DNA from: Octopus vulgaris
Taxonomy: Eukaryota
Direction of reading: 5' to 3'
NCBI GenBank assembly: GCA_951406725.2
Contig: OX597821.1
Coordinates: 54,560,001-54,624,000, forward strand
Length of the DNA stretch: 64,000 bases
The position numbers were made by a program, and so were the translations under genes. The notes beneath the pieces are model-generated. The model ran no database searches, was not told the origin of the DNA, and worked only from the letters and a program-made list of their open reading frames with translations. Of the stretch, positions 23,430 through 36,956 are shown in pieces. Each line of letters begins with the position of its first letter. Position 1 is the stretch's first letter.

Positions 23430-25714
23430 GTTTTAAATTTTGGCACAAGACCCGCAATTTTGAGGAGGGAGAAAGTCAATTACATTGGCCCCAGTGCTTA
23501 ACTGGTACATACTTTAGTGACCTGCTAAATATCCAGCCATGGCTGGATGTGAATTTGGATTCAAAGCATCAAGGTATTTATTTATAACATGATCAGTTTG
23601 ATTTTCTAATGAGGTAAACTTTACACAATCATCTCATCTGTTAGAAATATAGACATGTCTCCTTCAAATTGCATTCAACTTTTTCAATAACGTATACATT
23701 GAACAATGTATTTCCATATGTACAACATACAGGATGGTCATGGTTGGAATGGCTTTTATCATAGTTTAGCCAAATATGAAGAATGTCTCTAAGATAACAT
23801 AGTCTTTTTATTATCTTTTTTTTCTTTGCTTATCACACTGTTTTTCTCATCTGCAATATATTTCTCTTACAATGACACATTTTGGCACTTGAGACGTTAA
23901 ATCTTCCCTTGGGTATATTTGGGACACTGATTCCAAATATATAATCAGTTTTACCTTAGCAGCTCTAGGATTGGAGATAAAACATAACCCTTTTATATGC
24001 TGATACATCCACTCCTGCACTAAAATTAAGGACCTCAGTTACATCATACAATTCGGTGCATAAGTCAGACATATTGTTGGATATATTTTTTCAAAAGAGC
24101 ATCATTTTTGCCAGATCATTTCTAATTAATCAATAATTTACTATTTTGATACAAAAATATCAACAGTATTAATGATTCTGATATATTATATGCTACCTCA
24201 TAGCACTAAATCAGCTTATTTTTATCATAAAAACTTTGGAGTTCACTACTAAATAAATTGTAATTGCTTCTGAATAAATTGTAATTCAAAAATAACCATG
24301 AAACACATTAAAATGATCAAAGGTACTCTTTCAGAGGGTATCTTGTATTGAAGTTTATTAACTGAGATCTACCAGAACAGTCCAGCTGAAGGTTCCAGTC
24401 GTAATCTCCTACTGTACTATGTATCTCACCATCACTGGGACTTTTTCCATTATTTTTTTTTTCCTCTTGGATGAAATCTTTCATCTTATTTTTGCTGAAA
24501 TAAGCAAGCTTTTCTGGAAAGATATTGGAGTGTCTGTGGACCTTGATACTTTTCTTTCAGATTTGGCTTAATTTCTGGGATAGCAACCTTTATTTATTAT
24601 TGCTGTTGTAGGGGGAGGATAGAGAGTCTCTCTCTCTCTCTCTCTCTTCTCTTCTCTTTTCTAACCATATATATATATAAATATCTTGTATTCATGATCT
24701 TATGAGGATGAGAGATCTCAAGATAATCCAACATTTTGTCACACTCCCCATTCTCAGGTGATCTGGTAATTATTCCTATCAGTTAGATAAATTAAAGAAA
24801 TATGGAATTAAGACTTCTGCATAAATAAACTACAAAATATTTGCATTAGAATTCAGCTCAGCTCTTTCATTTCTAGCAAACAACGAGCTTTATATTTAAT
24901 GCATGCACATTCTGAGCTCCTCTCCCACTTCACCACATTTCCCCCCATCAGGTACGAAAAGCCATATTCTTAGTTTCTCTTTTATTTAAACTAAAGTTGA
25001 CTTTTTTGTTCATATGTTTACAGTTCATTTTTAGTATGCTTGCATGAGATTGAATAGAGAGTTATAGAAAGGCAGAATTTTAAAGCTGGACTCTCTTCCT
25101 GTTGCTAACTGGAAGAAAGTCCAGCTTACCTGTTTTTTAAGTGAGGGACTTTTAATTCTAATGGTCTTTAAAAGCACAGGGTGATCTGTCATAATGCAAG
25201 CAAGGAATGTTAGCATCATGAACATTTCACTCAAGTAATGACAAGCTTGGAACATAAACATTTGAACCTACACACATAGCACATGCACACACATACACAC
25301 ACATTCACAGACATCACACTTGAATATTCATATTTATTTATTTGTTTTTATGTCCATTTTTCCAAACTAGCAAAGGTTGGTTAAATGTGTCATTTAGGCA
25401 CTGTTTTTTAGCTGGATGCTCTTCTTGTCATCCAACCTTTACTGATTTTTCAAGAAAGGGTGGTTCTTTTTTTCTACATATCTTTGAAAGTGCAATGCCA
25501 GCAGATGATTTATTGACATGAGAAATAAGGAAATGACAACATTGTTGCTACTTGTAGCTCTGTAACTGTTTAACTTGAGATTTTGAAAACAAAATTGCTA
25601 AACAAAATTTCCAAATAATGTGATAAATTCTTGAATTATATATTTTTTGAATGAAATCTTAATGCTAGTCTTTTATTTCATGTGATGAAAGTTTGTTTAC
25701 TATAAAATCAACGT

Positions 25715-27215
25715 ATTTCATATGATACTTAAGATACTGATTTTGCCAAATATCATATTTGATTTGATTGCAGCAGTTTAAGTAGGATTTACACATTAAA
25801 CACTAATTTATATGTTTATCTGTACTGAAATAATTTTGAATTTCAAGAGAAATGCAAAATGTAAAATACTGTTTGAAAGCAATCAAACAATGCTAGAAAC
25901 TCTTTGATGTTAAGTATATTCTAATAATTTTGAAGTCATCTGCTAAAAAAATGGAAAATGTCAATTTGGAAAATGTTAAAAAATAACAAAATCTCTTAGA
26001 ATTTGTAAATAATTATTTTATTTCTTGTAAGTGAAGTATGTATCTTTTGTTTCTTTTTTTTTTGTTTCCTATTAATTTATATTTGCATTCTTAATCATCA
26101 AGTACATTTACATTTGATGGATATTTGTCCTCATCTTGTTTGTTGTTAATACAACATTTTGACTGATATACCTTTGGGGAAATTTCGAACTTGGGTTCTC
26201 ATTCCTAAGGTATTTTTTTATGTTGTTGTTGAACTTACTTCAAAATTTCAGGCCTTGTACCTATAGTAGAAAGCATCATCATCATCATCACCATCATCAT
26301 CACCATCATTTAACATCCATTGTTCACACACACACACACACACACAATGAGCTTCCTGCAGTCACTCAAATTTTTATACATGTCATCAATCAGTTCAAGG
26401 GTATTGTAGAAGACATTAATGCAAGCAGTGGGATTAAACCCAAGGCCATCTGGTTTTGAAGCAAACTTCTTAACCACAACAGCTGAGTGTAGACCTATAA
26501 GTACTAAAAATGATAACTACTTGATGATTACAGTTCTATATTTAAGAGATGAGGAATTACGTACGTTATTTACATTTGACGGATATTTGTGATCTTGTTT
26601 GTTGTTAACAAAACGTTTTGGCTGATATACCCTGGTGGTGGTGGTGGTGATAGTGAAGATGATGATGATGATTTCTACTATAGGCACAAGGCCTGAAATT
26701 TTGAAGGAAAATCAACAACAACATAAAAAAATACCTTAGGAATGAGAACCCAGGTTGGAAATTTCCTTAAGGGCATATCAGCCAAAATGTTGTGTTAACA
26801 ACAAACAAGATGAGGACAAATATCCATCAAATGTAAATGTACTTGATGATTATTTAAGAATGTAAATATAAATTAAAAGGAAACAAAAAAAAAGAAACAA
26901 AAGATACATACTTCACTTACAAGAAATAAAAAATTATTTACAAATTCTTAGAGATTTTGTTATTTTTTAACATTTTTCATTTTTTAACAGATGACTTCAA
27001 AATTATTAGAATATACTTAACATCAAAGAGTTTCTAGCATTGTTTGATTGCTTTCAAACGGTATTTTACATTTTGCATTTCTCTTGAAATTCAAAATTAT
27101 TTCAGTACAGATAAACATATAAATTAGTGTTTAATGTGTAAATCCTACTTAAACTGCTGCAATCAAATTAAATATGATATTTAGCAAAATCAGTATCTTA
27201 AATATCATATGAAAT
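25715..27215. repeat. Long inverted repeat: arms ~25715-26306 and ~26634-27215, spacer ~330 bp
   Basis: Continuous reverse-complement match, e.g. ATTTCATATGATACTTAAGATACTGATTTTG vs CAAAATCAGTATCTTAAATATCATATGAAAT; roughly 90% identity by eye. Confidence 0.95.
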
Positions 27216-27700
27216 TTTTTTAAAAAATGATCAAGCTATTTCAAGAATTACGGTTTCTTTACTGTAATTCATTTGGGAATTTTGCATAGTAATTTTGATT
27301 TCAAAATTTAAAGTTAAAAATATTAATGTTAAAATATTAATGATAACGACAGAGATAATGATGAGTTAATTTTTAAGATGATCATACTATATCATTATGA
27401 TGTTAGTAAAAAAAAATTCAATGAAGAATTAAAAATATGTCACAGAATCAGTTCACTGAGAGATGCCCTCTCTTTTGCATTCCACCAAGAACATCAAAAT
27501 TATTGATTTCCCACATTGGCAAGCATCTCAGATTTTGTTGCTGTAGGGAAATGAAATTGTGTGGCCTTTCTACATTTATCTAAAGATATTAACTAAGTAA
27601 GTAATGAGACAGAGACTGATTTAAACAGAAAGTAATATGATAACCTGGACTTAATTTGCCAGCAGTCTAAAATCTTTGATGCTTGCAGTTATGTATTATA

Positions 27701-27744
<44 letters not shown>

Positions 27745-27857
27745 CATCCATCCATGCATCCAAACCCACCCATCCATCCATTTATCATGGTATCTATCTA
27801 TATATATATCTATCTATCTATCTATCCATCTGTCTGTCTGTCTGTTTATTTATCTTG

Positions 27858-27894
<37 letters not shown>

Positions 27895-27896
<2 letters not shown>

Positions 27897-28725
27897 ACTG
27901 CTGAGAACATGTGTAGGCTTGAAAGAAATGAAGCTAGTATGATCCACTGGATGTGTTATGTCTGTGTGCATAGAATACAGAGTGTAAGCACTCTAAAAGA
28001 AGGTTTGGGCATAAAAAGCATCAAATGTGGTGTGCAAGAGAGATGCCTGCGCTAGTATGGTCATGTGTTACATATGGATGTGGACAGCTGTGTGAGGAAG
28101 TGCCACTCCCTAACAGTGGAAGAAACCTATGGAAGAGGTAGGCCCAGGAAGTCATGGGATGAGGTGGTGAAGCATGACCTTCAAACATTAAGCCTCACAG
28201 AGGCAATGACAGGAAACCAAGACCTTTGAAGATATGCTGTGATTGAGAAGACCCAGCAACTAAAGTGAGATCACAGCCATGCATGCCTGGCCCAGTTAAG
28301 AGTACACCTGATGAGTCCAGTGATATGATATGCTTGAGAAGACCTGTTGAGTCAACTAAAACCAATATCATAGCTGTGGACGGTACCCCCTGACTGGCTC
28401 CCATGCCAGTGGCATGTAAAAAGCACCATCAGAACATGGCTGATGCCAGTACCTCCTGACTGGCTCTTGTGCCGATGGCATACAAAAAGCACCATCCAAA
28501 TGTGATCAATGCCAAGCCCACCTGACTGGCTCCTGTACCAGTGGGATGTAAAAAGCACCTACTACACTCTTGGAGTGGTTGGCATTAGGAAGGGCATCCA
28601 GCTGTAGAAACATTTTCAGATCAGATTGGAGCCTGGTGCAGCCACTGGCTCTCCAGACCTCAGTCAAACCATCCAACCCATGCCAGTATGGAAAACAGAC
28701 GTTAAACGATGATGATGATGATGAT
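27895..28725 (+). mobile_element. RTE-clade LINE 3' end
   Basis: LERNEASMIHWMC..GVQERCLR*YGHV..SCVRKC..GRGRPRKSWDEVVKHDL followed by 3' UTR and (GAT)n. Confidence 0.88.
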
Positions 28726-29199
28726 GTGTGTGTGTATGTGTATGATAGGAAAAGAAAATAACTTCAGGAAAGTACAAAAATGCAGAGAAAATGTGAAACA
28801 AGTAGGTTGAAGGTGATATATCATCATCATCATCATCATATACAAAAAAAATTGAATAAATTAACATTTGAATATTTTTATAAGAGAATCTCAACACTAA
28901 AACCTCTAATCTTTTATGTGCAATGTTTATGCTTTGAATAATGAAAATTCACTTTTATATTTGATAGCATCTAAATCTTATGCATGTCATAAATATTTTA
29001 TTGTATAGTTCTGGAAATATTTTAGTACATCTTATGTGTGTAAATTCTTAGATGATGACATATGAGAATCAAGTAGCTATTATCTTTTGAATAATTATTG
29101 AATATTTTATGATGTTATCTTACAGAATCTTCATTACTGACACTCTTCTTCAGGTTAAATCTGTGAATAAAAAGTTAATGCCATCTACTAAATTCGAAA

Positions 29200-29480
29200 T
29201 GTCAGTGATGCAGTGGGGCAGGAAGATTACAATGTTTTCCTGCTCTACAAAGATATGAATAGTGGCGTTACTGGTCTTCTCAGTTGTTCTGTATGGCTGT
29301 GAGGTATGGCTATAAAATGCTGGACAATACCACAAAACTAGCAGTTTTGATTTGTCGTACTGGTGCTATATGTTATGATTCCCATGGATAGCCACCTCCT
29401 CTAGGATCAACACCTCAGTCCACAAATAGGCAATCCTTTCAGCCTGCTGAACACAAGGATTTCTTAGGATATTTTCTGAT
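29200..29480 (+). mobile_element. Old BovB/RTE-1-like LINE fragment
   Basis: LVFSVVLYGCEVWL..SFDLSYW..PWIA resembles the RTE motif VFPVVMYGCESWT..AFELWCW..PWTA. Confidence 0.65.
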
Positions 29481-29519
29481 GGTAAAAAGCAACAGTGATC
29501 AGATATTGACATTTGTGTC

Positions 29520-29900
29520 TGCCATAAGGTATTTTAAAAAAGTCATTTCATTTCTACTGATTTATACTATGTTATTACAGCCTCCTTCATCTTCTTCAGC
29601 TTGGAAAACCTTCAAAAGTCACAGAGAGCACAGTCTGAACTGTAGGGTGGGTGAATGACAGATTTGATGCCCATCTCTCTCAAGTAGTTGGTCAGCAGGA
29701 TGGAATTGTTGAATGGTGCATTGTCCTGGTGCAGGTGCTTAGGTCGTTTGAAACCAGATCTCTTCATGAACCCCTTCGAAACCTCCACAAAGTACTTTTT
29801 GGTGACCATCTTGCTGGACAGAATCCAGTGGAACTAGCTGATGGCAATATTGTTGAAATAAGTGATCAGTAGGAACTTCCCAGTGTACTTGTGGTGCCTG
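29520..29900 (-). mobile_element. Mariner transposase fragment
   Basis: HLHQDNAP..HPPYSSDCALCDF (HDNA and YSPDLAP.D-like motifs). Confidence 0.75.
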
Positions 29901-31049
29901 GCCTCTTCTGACCATGAAATATAGCTGCTCAAATCATGCAAGTTAATCCATAAGCAATGTGGAAAATTTCATAATTTTCTGTAGCATTTTTGCGCAGTTT
30001 GACAAAAAAAGTTTTATTACATAGTGAGCTTCTAAATTGTCATCACATCATAATTGTATTCTGCAAACTAAACAGCTGTGATAAGCAATGTTTAGCCAAG
30101 TGTGTTCAAAATGTTTTTACAGCTGTCTCCTTCAATTTGGATTCACAAAAGTCAGCAGGTCAGTTTATTAGATGTATAGCAATGGCAAACTAGAATTACA
30201 ATAATATGTGACAGTTAAAATTGTGTGTGTGTGTGTGTGTGTGCGATGTTCTAATAGTTCTGCTTCCAATTCATGGCTCTGTTAGAGTTAACATTAAAAG
30301 AAGGAATAATAAAGAATTAATTATATAAATATGTGGGCCACAAGGCAGCCTCACAAGCAATAAGTGTAGCGAGAAAATACACTCAGCACACACTGTAAAG
30401 TCGGTGTAAGAAAGGGTTATCTAGTTGTAGAAACCAAGTCAAAATTGGAATGTAGATGTGAGGCATGGTCTTTCAATCTATCTTGGAGTGTAAGAGCTCT
30501 GAATAAAAACTGAAATCAACCATGGCAACATGCCCAGTGTATGCCAGCTTGGAAAGCAGATTGTGATGATGATGATGATGATGGTGATGATGATAAGGAG
30601 GAGGAGGCAGATGAGGTGGTGGTGGAGGAGGAGGAGGAGGAGGAGGGGAGCGGAGGAGGCAGTGAAGTAACTATGAGTATATAAGACAACTCTAGACATG
30701 TTATCGTGATTTTATCTGCAAAACGAAAACCCTCACTATATTTTGCAAAGGAAGAAATCAATAAAAAATGGGTCTCCTTGGAATTTCATATACTTTATGT
30801 TTCTGTTTCAGCAAACTTCACTTTTATACTGGAAAATATTGCAATCCCTTTCGATAAAAAAAGTGTGATATCACTGACTGATTTAAATTCATTATATTCT
30901 GGATACTGAAGACTGGTAAATCAATATAGTCCTCATAGAATTAGAAGCCAGATTTGTGAGGGACCAAACTTCATGCTGTAAAGATTGAAGTCAAACTCTC
31001 TAATAATTGTAACTCTCTAACATTTGTTTTTATATACATCGAAATCTGT

Positions 31050-31244
31050 ATTGTATGATACAAATATGAAGATATTTTCAAATGCAGAATTGCCATTAGA
31101 ACAACAGAAATGCTGGATAAATTACCCTTACAAAGCTGTTTGTTGGCAAATTTTTCTGTCTTGTATGGGTAATTTTCCCAGTACCTCTGCTGTTCTAACT
31201 GCAATTTTGTGTTAAAAAAAAATTAATTATTTGTATCGTACAAT
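31050..31244 (+). other. Long imperfect hairpin (fold-back)
   Basis: Inner stem 31081-31132 pairs with 31161-31213; outer ATTGTATGATACAAATA (31050-31066) pairs with TATTTGTATCGTACAAT (31228-31244). Confidence 0.8.
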
Positions 31245-32622
31245 TGTATTTATGTTTTTTAGATATTCAAAAACACTTAAATATGAAAAGAAATTATTTC
31301 TTTCATTTCTAGAAACCTAAAAATGTAAAGGTGAGAAGTGTATGGTGTTGAAAGGTCCATAGTATTTCATTCATAATTGTTTGATCAATAAGGATGAAAA
31401 AAAAGGTAGCACCTGGTGTTATTTAGTCTGGTGGCATTTCCATTTCTGTCATTCCAACATCTTCTCAATGAAATTGTGGATCTCAGATGTTAAAAATGCA
31501 TGTTACTAGAAGTGTTTGTGAAGAGAAACAGGCAACAATGAAATTACTGACAGTCAGACAAATAGGCAAGTATGTAGGAACATGTGCAGATAAGTAGACA
31601 GAGAGGCATACAGACAGACTGATAGAGAGATAGGTTGGTAGGTTGGTAAAGAGGTAGATAGATATATATGTGTGTAGTATTGGGGGGGGGGGGGGCACAC
31701 GCATACACAGACATACACATATACAGAACAATAAACTGACAGACAGTGACAGAGAAATATACTGAAATATGTTTAGGAGTGAAATATGTTTAGGAGTGTA
31801 AACAGAAACATAAAAAGAGAAGCACAATAAAAAGTTTTCAAAATAGATTAATATTAAAAATTATAAACGCTAAACACACCAAAGAAAAGAAAATCCTACA
31901 TAATATGAATATTAGAAAAAAAATTATGATTTATTTATGGAAGTTGTAGAAAAATAACCATAACAACAGTATAGAGACTTCATAAACCATTTAGAATTAA
32001 TGATGATATTTTAAATGTTAATGGATTTTTTATTTTTTCATTTAAAACAAAATCAAATTGTATAAATTTCTGTTTGTTTCTGTGTGTTTTACACAATTTC
32101 CCTCCATTTTTATTTCAACAGATAATTATGGTGGAGAAGTGAAAATGAAGCCAAGAATATTCCTTACTATTTCATGTTTCTCAGTTCAAAATTCCACTGA
32201 GCATTTAATTGTCGTTACACTACATTGATGACACAATAACAAATACAATTACAAACAGATACTAATTGCATTCTGTGGACTTAACTATGCACACAAATTA
32301 ATGGATGTTGAAGAGAAAATAAAGAAAGCATTGTAAACAACAATACTACTATACATACACATGAACACACAAATATATAAATATATATTTGTGTGTGTGT
32401 GTGTGTACTTCCTGTGGCTATGAGCACTTTTGCTCTTATTTCTAGCTACCCTACACTGTTAGTCACAATTAGTAGTTACAACTGAATCTTTCCTTTTTGG
32501 TTTTTATATTACATATACCCACCTTTATTATACATATATATATACATAAATATATATACATATATATACATGCACACATATATATATATATGTATCTATA
32601 TATGTGTGTGTGGGTATATATA

Positions 32623-33884
32623 TTGGGTCATCCAGTAAAAATTTTTTTTATACTACTTTTATTTTTCAAAATTAAAATAAACAAAAGTCTTTTTTAATCT
32701 AAAATATACTCTCCTCCATTTTCTACAATGCTCTTCCATCTATCTGGTAGACTTGCAAAGCCCTTCTTCCAAAATTTATTTGTCTGTGGTGAAAAATACT
32801 CCTCCAGTACTGTTCTGATCTTGTCTACAGAATTCATATATTTTCTTTCCAAATGATTTTGAAGACTGCAGAATAAATGATACTCAGAAGGAGTAATATG
32901 TGGCAAATATGGTGGGTGGGGTATCGCTTCCCATTCAAACTGCTCCAGTCTTTGGAATGTCATTCTTGCTGTATGTGGCCAAGCTTTATCCTGATGGAAG
33001 AAAACCTTTCGTCTTGAAACAAAAGTAGTCATTTTTCTTCTAGCACTGACTTCAGCTGCTCAAGGTGCTCACAGTGGATCTCTTTTTTACAGTTTGGTTT
33101 GAGTTTAAAAGTTCAAAGATCATTAAACCTTTCTTATCCCACCAAAGAGATAACAAAAGTTTACATGGGTGAAAACCTTTTGGCCTGGGGTCCCAGTGTT
33201 TCTGCTTTCCCTACCCACTGTCATCAGTGCTTAAAATATTTTTAGAGAACCAATTTCTTGTCACCAGTCACTATTTGGTCCAAAAAAAGTTCTTTCGTGA
33301 GATGTGACAGCAAAGAAGAGCCCACATTCACTCTCTGCATGCAATTAGACTTGGAAAGTTTGTGAGGAATCCATTAACTCATTTTGCTGACTCTTTTGAT
33401 GGAACACAAGTGTCAATGAATGGTTAATCGACCAAATCCAAGCTCCTCTGCTAGTTCCCTTAACAGTTACAATGGGATTTTGTTCCACCAGGGTTTGCAG
33501 GATGTTCTTGTTGATCTATACAGATCTTCCAGGACAAGGCTTCTAGGCTATAATTTCTGGAACCACCATTGACACTGGCTTACACTTATTGTCCAATCCC
33601 CATATACTGCATTAATATTCCTCATATCTTCAGTTGTGCTGTTGTCTTTATTGAACTCATAAAGCAAAATATGCTAAATATATGCTTTGTCACTTCCATT
33701 TAGCTTTGAAAAATAACTGTTAAAAGTGAACTGCACTCTTTAAAGTTTGCACTAAGAATAAGGAAGGAAAAGGTAAAATTACTACCTACTTTTATAGAAA
33801 GTTGATGCAGGTAGTTTATCCCATCCCACTCCAACTTTTAGTTCAGGCAACTGAAAAAGGCACATTAGTTTTTGAATGACACAA
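32623..33884 (-). mobile_element. Mariner transposon, same family as 19606-20824, inverted, defective
   Basis: TA-TTGGGTCATCC ... GAATGACACAA-TA ends; ORF 32694-33032 HQDKAWPH..HPPYLPHITPSEY..RWKSIVENGGEYILD. Confidence 0.9.
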
Positions 33885-34139
33885 TATATATATATATATA
33901 TATAACCTAAAGGCAAATTTATAGACATCACTAAAGTGACAGAGAGAACAAAGTAGTACCCTTCTGGTAAATTTCAAGCCACTGGCTGCCAACAACCCAG
34001 ATATACTTCCTTAGTACCAGCCACCTGCACCAAGGTCACTATTACAAATTAACCCCCATGAACAACACCACAAATTGCCAATCCCCAACACTTCTCCATG
34101 CTTGTCTACCCACATATTCTCACCCCTTGTATATCATCC

Positions 34140-34760
34140 CTTGTGCGACAGGTCTTCTCAAGCACAGCATATCACCAAATTTCTTGGTCACTAGTCATTG
34201 CTTCTGTGGGGCCCAAAGTTTGAAGATCATGTTTCGCCACCTTGTCTCATGCCTTCCTTGTCTACCTCTACCACAGGTTCTGGCTACAGTTAGAGATCAG
34301 CACTTCTTTACACAGCTGTCCTCATCCATACACATCACATGACCTTACCAGTACAGTCGTCTCTCCTACATACCACATCTGTTGCCTCTTATGCCCAACT
34401 TTTCTCTCAAGATGCTTACACTCTATCGAACTTACACACTGACATTGCACATCCAGCAAAACATACTGGCTTCATTTCTTTCAAGCCTATGCATGTCCTC
34501 AGCTGTCACAGCTCCTGTTTCACTGTAGTGTAGCATAGCTGTTTGCACACAGGCATTATACAATGTGCTTTTCGCTTTGAGTGAGAGGCCCTTTGTTGTC
34601 AGCAGAGGTAGGAGCTCTCTGAACTTTGCTCAGCCTCTTCTTATTCTCACAGCTACACTCTCAGGGCATCCACCTCTACTACTAACATGGTAACTTAGAG
34701 AAGAGAATCTATCTCCTACTTCTAGCTTATCCCACTAGCACTTGATGGAGTCTATTTTCT
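34140..34760 (-). mobile_element. RTE LINE 3' fragment
   Basis: Reverse-complement similarity to 27.9-28.3 kb and 61.15-61.65 kb. Confidence 0.75.
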
Positions 34761-35054
34761 GTACACACACACACACACACGCACACCTATGTATGTATGA
34801 ATGTTTATTTAAAGAGATTTGTTGGGTATGGCTAGAACAGTTTTAACAGCAACTTCGTTTTGTTTTGTCTTTCTTTTCCAGTATACTTTGTATCTTCTTA
34901 CAGGCTCTCTGACTAACACAACAAATCTCTTTAAAATTATACCACACAATGCTTAACCAAAAATATTCCATTATATATGTATATATATGGAAACAGAAAA
35001 TTTACAAGATATTTTCTTTGAGATTGGTGTTACTACTTTTCCAAGTAACTAAAA

Positions 35055-35094
35055 TTTTCAGCAGAAACTACTAATTTATATAGTTGTGTGTGTG

Positions 35095-35142
<48 letters not shown>

Positions 35143-35171
35143 CTATATAAACTAGTAATTTCCTCTGAAAA
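35055..35171. repeat. ~31-bp inverted repeat enclosing a (TG)n(TA)n tract
   Basis: TTTTCAGCAGAAACTACTAATTTATATAGTT vs AACTATATAAACTAGTAATTTCCTCTGAAAA. Confidence 0.75.
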
Positions 35172-36601
35172 AAATATGTATATATATATACATATATATA
35201 TACATATATATATAAATTGAAATTTAAACATTTATAATGTAAAATTTAATGCTTAAAATATTTAAATTTTACGAATTGACATGACATTTAGATATTAGGT
35301 TAGAAAGAAAAAGAGTGATAAAGAAAATTGTAATACAAAGAGATGAGATCGATACAGAAATAGATAAGGAAAAAAAGGAAGGGGGAAAATACAAAAATAA
35401 AGGTAGAAGCGAAGGAAAGAACAAGAATTAAGGTTGATATTTAAATGAAATGAAAGTAAAACAACATACCATATTCAATAGACAAAAACAGATTTGATGG
35501 GATTTTTGTTTGCAGCTTTGTAAAAAGTCAATTTATCAATAGTGAGCAGTTCTTTAAACAACAAACACAAAAATATCGTATAGGAAAGAGATCTCTAAAT
35601 ATTCATAGCCAATTTACTGAAATTCAGTGAATTAAAGATAATTGTCAGGAATTTCAAAAAATTCTACTTATTAAATTATAATATATTCAGCCTGTAGGTA
35701 GAATAAAATTAGGCAGAACTGTAAAATGAACTTATTTTCAAAATGGTATTTTGAAATGAAGAACTTTTCACAAGTAGAGAGGTAGTTTGCTTTAGATTCT
35801 CTAGAAAATGGTTGGACAAATTCAAACACTGTTCTTAATTCAACCACAATACCTCTAAATTTTGTGGGTTTATGACTTTCAGCCTGCAAATGTACTATAT
35901 ATAAAAGATGCTTTTTTTTATTTTGTTTATTATCTGAATGTCTAAAACAGTATGTGTTGTCTATTTGAATAAAGTGGCACATTCTGTTAAGTCTGAATTG
36001 GTATGTTTGCTGTAGCCTGAAAATTTCCCAATGTAAAAACCTGCAGTTTCATCATCTATTAGAATAATGGTTGGCTTTGTCCATTTGAAAAGTGTCTGTA
36101 TTTTAAACGAAGTAACAACATCATTTAATTGATGATCAAAAATAGTTAATTTCTGTCATGAAAATAAATTTATCTTAGCTTCTTCAATGCTCATAAAAAT
36201 CCAAGGCCTTTGATTCAAATCCACAGACATAGGACTTTTTATAGAGTAGTTTTTTTCTTTGATGCTTACAGACCTGTGTGGTCTCCTTTACATGACAGCA
36301 GTTTGGCCAACAATTTTTCAAACTTCCCTCATATCTGACCACATGAACAGCCTCAGCCAATGAGAATCAGTCCAGCTAGGGTGCTGCTCACAAAGCTTCA
36401 ATCATTCAATACATAATGCCTAACCAGTTATATCAGAATCTTAGGTGTGTAAAACTCTAAATTATAACAGTGTAAATCAACTTTAATCCATGTATTCTGT
36501 ATTATGTTGTGAGCATAAAATCACCTAAGATACACACACATATACATATATAACTATATTTATACATATACATACATATATATATGTATATGTATGTATG
36601 C

Positions 36602-36685
<84 letters not shown>

Positions 36686-36778
36686 CGTGAATATAAGAGG
36701 GATGATATTAAAATATCATCACAAGTGGCAAGCAAATTATCTATACATATATTTATTTCTACCTATCTATCTGTATGT

Positions 36779-36829
<51 letters not shown>

Positions 36830-36956
36830 ATATCTATCTACATATAGCTCTTATATAAAATCCGTTCTGTCTGTCTGTGTGTCTACTCAGATCTCAGGCA
36901 TCCTGCATTGTGCTTAAATTTAATATGTAGATACCGATGGTATCAGGGCATGTATA

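Noticed and set aside
23210-23587. Poly-Asn/Asp and poly-Ile ORFs
   Set aside because: (TAA)n/(TGA)n microsatellite between SINE copies
28388-28560. Repeat-spacer-like array resembling CRISPR
   Set aside because: Eukaryotic context; the units are degenerate tandem repeats in the RTE 3' UTR and there are no cas genes
30790-30920. Possible exon TTTCTGTTTCAG...CTG|GTAAAT
   Set aside because: Stops in all three frames; at most non-coding, unsupported
32100-32230. Strong acceptor then NYGGEVKMKPRIF..*
   Set aside because: No homology I recognise and no linked exons
36230-36365. CCAAT box (AGCCAATGAG) and TATAAAA on the minus strand
   Set aside because: Short motifs expected by chance; no downstream gene identified
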